Assembly: GCA_965229635.1 (NCBI GenBank)
Contig: OZ245894.1
Coordinates: 2,090,672 to 2,154,671 of the forward strand
Direction of reading: 5' to 3'
DNA length: 64,000 nt
From: Saprospiraceae bacterium
GTDB lineage: Bacteria; Bacteroidota; Bacteroidia; Chitinophagales; Saprospiraceae
Part shown: positions 59,850 through 64,000 of the stretch, piece after piece
Position numbering within the stretch: position 1 is the first letter of the stretch
Layout: every line of letters starts with the position of its first letter
Notes under the pieces: model-generated
What the model was told of the DNA's origin: nothing
Seen by the model: only the letters and a program-made list of their open reading frames with translations
The model's database searches: none
Program-made: the position numbers and the translations under genes

Positions 59850-60215
59850 ATGACTCGTCATAATGAAACGGGGGCCTTGGGAGAGCAATTGGCGCGAGCG
59901 TTTCTGGAAGAGAACGACTACGTAGTGCTGGAAGCCAACTGGCGATACCGACGGGCAGAGATCGACTTGATTGCCAAGGATGGAGAAATATTGGTCTTCG
60001 TTGAGGTCAAAACCCGCAGCTCTGCTGCATTTGGACGGCCAGAGGAATTTATCGATGCCAAAAAGGAAGCCTTCATGACGGATGCCGCTTCTGCCTACAT
60101 GGAAGAAATAGGCCACGAGTGGGAAATCCGGTTTGACTTTATTTCCGTACTGCTACCCAGTAATCAGGAGCCGGAGATTGAGCACTTTAAGGATGCCTTT
60201 TTTCCGGGAATTTGA
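59850..60215 (+). CDS. yraN: YraN-family endonuclease (UPF0102)
   Basis: GALGEQLARAFLEENDYVVLEANWRY...EIDLIAKDGEILVFVEVKTR pattern. Confidence 0.85.
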   Translation: MTRHNETGALGEQLARAFLEENDYVVLEANWRYRRAEIDLIAKDGEILVFVEVKTRSSAAFGRPEEFIDAKKEAFMTDAASAYMEEIGHEWEIRFDFISVLLPSNQEPEIEHFKDAFFPGI

Positions 60216-60223
60216 TTTGAGGA

Positions 60224-60464
60224 AGTTTAGAGTGTAGTGTGTAGGAGTTTAGAGAAGGTGCACTTGATTTTCCTGCAAATCCAATAATTTTGGAAATCCG
60301 GCTTTGGTTCATGCTGAGGCGGTTTTGAGGTCGATGTTACAAACATCTCCCAAGCGAGCCGATATTGCAAGCATCTCCTGAGCGAATGAGGCCGACAAGA
60401 CCTAAAGCCCAAAACCTAATCCCTAAAATAATTCTGCTAATTCTTTAATTCCGGGAATTCTGCT
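60224..60464 (+). repeat. MITE-like repeat family A, copy 4
   Basis: shares termini and internal cgatgtt(g/a)caaacatctcc...gagcgaa segment with copy 1. Confidence 0.7.
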
Positions 60465-62948
60465 TTACTTCTTACTCCGAATATCATCCAGAAAACGCTC
60501 CAGCTCGATCTCATCGTACACCAGTACCTCGCGAGCTTTGCTGCCGTCGCTGGCACCAACGATGCCCATGGCTTCGAGTTGGTCCATGATGCGGCCAGCG
60601 CGGTTGTAGCCCAATTTCAGGCGGCGTTGGATCATGGAGGTAGAGCCGTGCTGGTTTTGCACAATCAACCTTGCAGCATCTTCAAACATCTCGTCCAGGT
60701 CAGAATATTTCAGATTAGAAGTGCCGGGAATTTCCTCATCGCCGTGGAATTCGGGCAGGTAGAATGGTTCCGGGTAACCGGGCTGAGATGAGATGAAGTT
60801 GATCACTCGTTCTACCTCCGGCGTATCGACATAAGCTCCCTGTAGGCGCACCATTTCGCCGCCTACAGAAAGCAGCATATCACCGCGGCCGATCAATTGA
60901 TCCGCACCTCCAGCATCGAGAATGGTTCGCGAGTCTACTTTAGCAGTTACCTTGTAAGCAATACGGGCCGGGAAGTTTGCCTTGATCACCCCGGTAATAA
61001 TGTTGACCGATGGACGCTGCGTAGCAATAATCAGGTGAATACCCACCGCTCGAGCCAGTTGCGCCAAACGTCCAATGGGCAGTTCCACTTCTTTGCCGGC
61101 GGTCATAATCAGGTCGGCAAATTCATCAATGACCAGGATCATGAAGGGCATAAAGCGGTGTCCCTTCAGCGGATTCAGCTTGCGTTGAACAAACTTTTCA
61201 TTGTATTCGCGAATGTTTCTGGCAGATGCTTTTTTGAGCAGGTTGTAACGCTCGTCCATTTCGATACAAAGCGAATTGAGCGTGTGGATCACCCGATTGG
61301 TCTCCGTCGTAATGGGCTCGTCCTGTCCGGGCAGATAGGCCAGGAAATGGTCGTGCAGTTTGGCGTAAGGAAACAGCTCCACCTTCTTTGGGTCGATCAA
61401 CACCAGCTTAATCTGAGAAGGGTGCTTTTTGTATAACAAGGACATCAAAATGGCGTTGATACCCACCGACTTACCCTGACCGGTAGCACCGGCAACGAGC
61501 AAGTGAGGCATCTTGGCCAAATCCACCACAAAAACTTCGTTGTTAATGGTTTTTCCAAGAGAAATGGGCAGGTCCATCTTGGCCCGCTTAAACTTATCAT
61601 GCATCAGCACTTCTTTCATCGAAACGGTTTGCTGATGGCGGTTAGGCACCTCAATACCAATGGTTCCCTTGCCGGGAATGGGCGCAATGATCCGAATACC
61701 CAATGCGGAAAGGCTGAGGGCAATGTCGTCTTCCAGGTTTTTGATCTTGGAAATTCGTACCCCCGGTGCCGGAATAATCTCATAAAGCGTCACAGTAGGC
61801 CCGATGGTCGCCCGTATTTTGATGATCTCTATCTTGTAGTGCAGTAGTGTTTCAATGATCTGGTCCTTATTGGCCTCCAGCTCGGCCCGGTCAATTTCTA
61901 CCTTCTGGTCGGAATAGTCTTCCAGGAGGGTTGTAACCGGATATTCATAAGAAGAAAGTTCCAGGGTCGGATCGTATGGTTCACTATGGTCCACATTTTC
62001 TTCCTGGAATGGCATTTGCCGGGTGGGTGTAGCGCCACCAGGTCCAGGGGTTTGTCCCCCTTCATTTTGAGCCCCATCATCGATTTCCAGCTCCGCATCA
62101 CCCGATTTGAGGGTTTGCGGTTTTTTTACTTTTTTATCTTCATCCAGTTCAAAAGCTAATTGATTGCCGGTCAATGTCTTGGAAGCTTGTCCGTTATTGT
62201 CCGACATCTGGGCATTGGTAGCGGCACGGTGCTCGCCTGGGCGTAAGGTAGCTACTTTTTCGCTGCTGGTGCTCGTGTTGGAATTGCTGGCAGTGGATGT
62301 GCGAGCAGGCCGCTTTTTACCGGTAATTAAATTGCGAACATATGCCGCCAGGTCCTCGAAGAATCCACCAGGGGTCAATTCGTTAAAATTGGGGTTGAAT
62401 TTCCAAACCAATAAACCAACGATAATAAATAGAATCAAGGCAATAAGCCCGATCGTCCCTACGAAACTCAACAGCCAGTTACTCAGGCCTTCGCCAAAAG
62501 CACCACCCCACGGAAAATCAGAACGGCGCCCGAAGAGAAACTCCAGTAAAACAGAAGTGACCAGAATCAGCAACAGGGAAGAGTTGAGTACCGGCAGAAA
62601 CTGAGTGAAAGGCTTGCGCTGGATGAGTGCCAGGCCCCCCTTCACCAATAGGTAAACAAAGACAAAGCTGGCGAGCCCAAATCCCCAAAAGAAAAAGATA
62701 TTGGAGATAATGGCACCAAGGCGTCCCAGCCAGTTGGCCATTTCCATATCGCTTTGCAGCAAAAGTCCCCAGGAGAAATGGAATACCTTATTCTGGTCGA
62801 TGGACCAGGTAAACAAATAGGATGTGAATGCCACAAACAGATAAAGGGCCAAAAATAAACACAGAATGCCCACTAACTTAGGTATGCGTTCATCATTGAT
62901 ACCAAGCTTGAGCGATAGCTGCCCCTTTTTCGCTTTCTTTTTCGCCAT
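60465..62948 (-). CDS. ftsK: DNA translocase FtsK (N-terminal TM domain, linker, FtsK/SpoIIIE ATPase, gamma domain)
   Basis: P-loop GATGQGKSV, motor domain, C-terminal winged helix. Confidence 0.95.
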   Translation of the reverse strand: MAKKKAKKGQLSLKLGINDERIPKLVGILCLFLALYLFVAFTSYLFTWSIDQNKVFHFSWGLLLQSDMEMANWLGRLGAIISNIFFFWGFGLASFVFVYLLVKGGLALIQRKPFTQFLPVLNSSLLLILVTSVLLEFLFGRRSDFPWGGAFGEGLSNWLLSFVGTIGLIALILFIIVGLLVWKFNPNFNELTPGGFFEDLAAYVRNLITGKKRPARTSTASNSNTSTSSEKVATLRPGEHRAATNAQMSDNNGQASKTLTGNQLAFELDEDKKVKKPQTLKSGDAELEIDDGAQNEGGQTPGPGGATPTRQMPFQEENVDHSEPYDPTLELSSYEYPVTTLLEDYSDQKVEIDRAELEANKDQIIETLLHYKIEIIKIRATIGPTVTLYEIIPAPGVRISKIKNLEDDIALSLSALGIRIIAPIPGKGTIGIEVPNRHQQTVSMKEVLMHDKFKRAKMDLPISLGKTINNEVFVVDLAKMPHLLVAGATGQGKSVGINAILMSLLYKKHPSQIKLVLIDPKKVELFPYAKLHDHFLAYLPGQDEPITTETNRVIHTLNSLCIEMDERYNLLKKASARNIREYNEKFVQRKLNPLKGHRFMPFMILVIDEFADLIMTAGKEVELPIGRLAQLARAVGIHLIIATQRPSVNIITGVIKANFPARIAYKVTAKVDSRTILDAGGADQLIGRGDMLLSVGGEMVRLQGAYVDTPEVERVINFISSQPGYPEPFYLPEFHGDEEIPGTSNLKYSDLDEMFEDAARLIVQNQHGSTSMIQRRLKLGYNRAGRIMDQLEAMGIVGASDGSKAREVLVYDEIELERFLDDIRSKK

Positions 62949-63254
62949 GAACTTATCGTAACGTATTTAAGTTCTGCTCCGTGTGCCAGATACCAGACGA
63001 ACGGAGAACGGGTAAAATGCTAATCCACTAGTAATGGCCAGCGTGTACAAAATTAGTCAATATAAATTGGAATTGTGAAAAGAATAAAATTTTAGTTGTT
63101 TAAAATATCATTAAATGGTTGATTTTCATTCAATAATTTGGTGATTTTTACGAGTTTTGGCCAGAATTTATTTTAATCAGTCAGTCGATGCTTCAACTGA
63201 GGTAGATCGAAAAATGTTCCTACTCATTCAATTTATCAATCAAAAATCGAAGAT

Positions 63255-63494
63255 ATGAAAGCGGCCATAGAACTCAGCATGTACCCTCTCAATCAAAACT
63301 ACGAACCACCCATTCTCGACTTTATAGAGCGCCTGAATCAGCATGAAGGTATTCGCGTGCAAACCAATAGTATGAGTACCCAGATCAGCGGAGATTATGA
63401 TGAGATCACGTCCATCGTACAAAGGGAAATGAAGACCAGCTTTGAGCAAGGCGAAACGGTAGTAATGGTCATGAAAGTGATCAAATTGGGGTAA
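63255..63494 (+). CDS. MTH1187/YkoF-family (DUF77) small protein
   Basis: 79 aa, pattern ELSMYPL...QISGDYDEITSIV typical of the family. Confidence 0.65.
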   Translation: MKAAIELSMYPLNQNYEPPILDFIERLNQHEGIRVQTNSMSTQISGDYDEITSIVQREMKTSFEQGETVVMVMKVIKLG

Positions 63495-63574
63495 TTGGCA
63501 AAGAAGCACTATAAATCGTAAAACCGTCAAAATTTAGGGTAGCCAATGGATACCACGAGGGTTACCTTCGCTTC

Positions 63575-64000
63575 ATGAATCGTACAAAATCTACTGTAGT
63601 TGCCCAGGGCAACACCAATACCCTTCTGGCTGCGGGGCTGGTATTTCTTGGGGCCATTCTCTTTTCCACCAAGGCGGTGTTTGTCAAGCTGGCCTACCGC
63701 TACGATGTCGATAGTATTTCTTTGCTGGCGCTAAGAATGCTCTTTTCTCTGCCTTTCTTTCTGGTTGTAGGGTGGTGGAATCGTCGCAAAACGCCCACGC
63801 GGGAATCCCTGAGTTCAAAAGATTGGATAGCCATTATACTGCTGGGGTTTGCCGGCTATTATCTGGCCAGTTTATTTGATTTTCTCGGACTGCAATTCAT
63901 TGGTGCGGGCATGGAGCGGCTGATTTTGTTCGTCTATCCGACCTTGGTGCTGATGATTTCAGCCATTGTGTACAAACAACCCATTTTGCCCAAGCAATTG
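63575..64000 (+). CDS. EamA/DMT-family transporter, 5' partial (runs off window)
   Basis: hydrophobic helices with EamA-like pattern; truncated by window end. Confidence 0.65.
   Translation, partial: MNRTKSTVVAQGNTNTLLAAGLVFLGAILFSTKAVFVKLAYRYDVDSISLLALRMLFSLPFFLVVGWWNRRKTPTRESLSSKDWIAIILLGFAGYYLASLFDFLGLQFIGAGMERLILFVYPTLVLMISAIVYKQPILPKQL

Noticed and set aside
1-64000. tRNA, rRNA, integrase/transposase genes
   Set aside because: No cloverleaf-like conserved tRNA segments (GTTCGAATC-type T-arms) or rRNA blocks were seen on manual scan, and no recombinase ORFs. The absence of tRNAs should be confirmed with tRNAscan-SE.

Overview
This 64-kb window looks like Bacteroidetes chromosome (about 48-50% GC, no Shine-Dalgarno spacing). 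Likely Cytophagia/Saprospiria-like: it carries gliding/T9SS genes gldM-gldN, three T9SS C-terminal-domain cargo proteins, SusC-like TonB receptors paired with DUF4249 lipoproteins, and an ECF sigma/FecR module. Genes are dense on both strands.

Main content:
- tadA and a di-haem cytochrome c peroxidase.
- An ECF-sigma/FecR/STN-TonB-receptor/DUF4249 operon, a large BNR/sortilin (VPS10) protein, and a second TonB-receptor/DUF4249 pair.
- metH.
- T9SS cargo, including a thioredoxin-fold protein.
- A GxxExxY protein, queA, a def-like gene and a serine hydrolase.
- A low-GC AbiEi/AbiEii pair with a perfect 20-bp palindrome at its start.
- A yqiJ-like/flotillin operon.
- tatC divergent from gldM-gldN.
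- A GAF protein, an epimerase, anmK and a small cytochrome c.
- An SPFH protein, an HD hydrolase fused to a 3-TM tail, and a PAP2 phosphatase.
- A tandem OmpA/thrombospondin-3 array with a truncated third paralog.
- A 563-aa protein with a PNP/MTAN-like C-terminal domain.
- An FtsX permease, yraN, ftsK, a DUF77 protein and a partial EamA transporter.

No tRNA, rRNA or CRISPR array is visible.

Most interesting non-coding signal: a conserved ~100-130 nt GC-rich structured element sits upstream of both metH and queA (two SAM-cycle genes). It has a closing helix, variable hairpin insertions, conserved ~72-nt spacing, and a covarying terminator hairpin with U-tract. I read it as a candidate undescribed riboswitch-like leader. 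The two copies are inverted and bound an 11-kb segment.

The window also holds two MITE-like repeat families and a cluster of perfect 28-bp palindromes around the flotillin operon.
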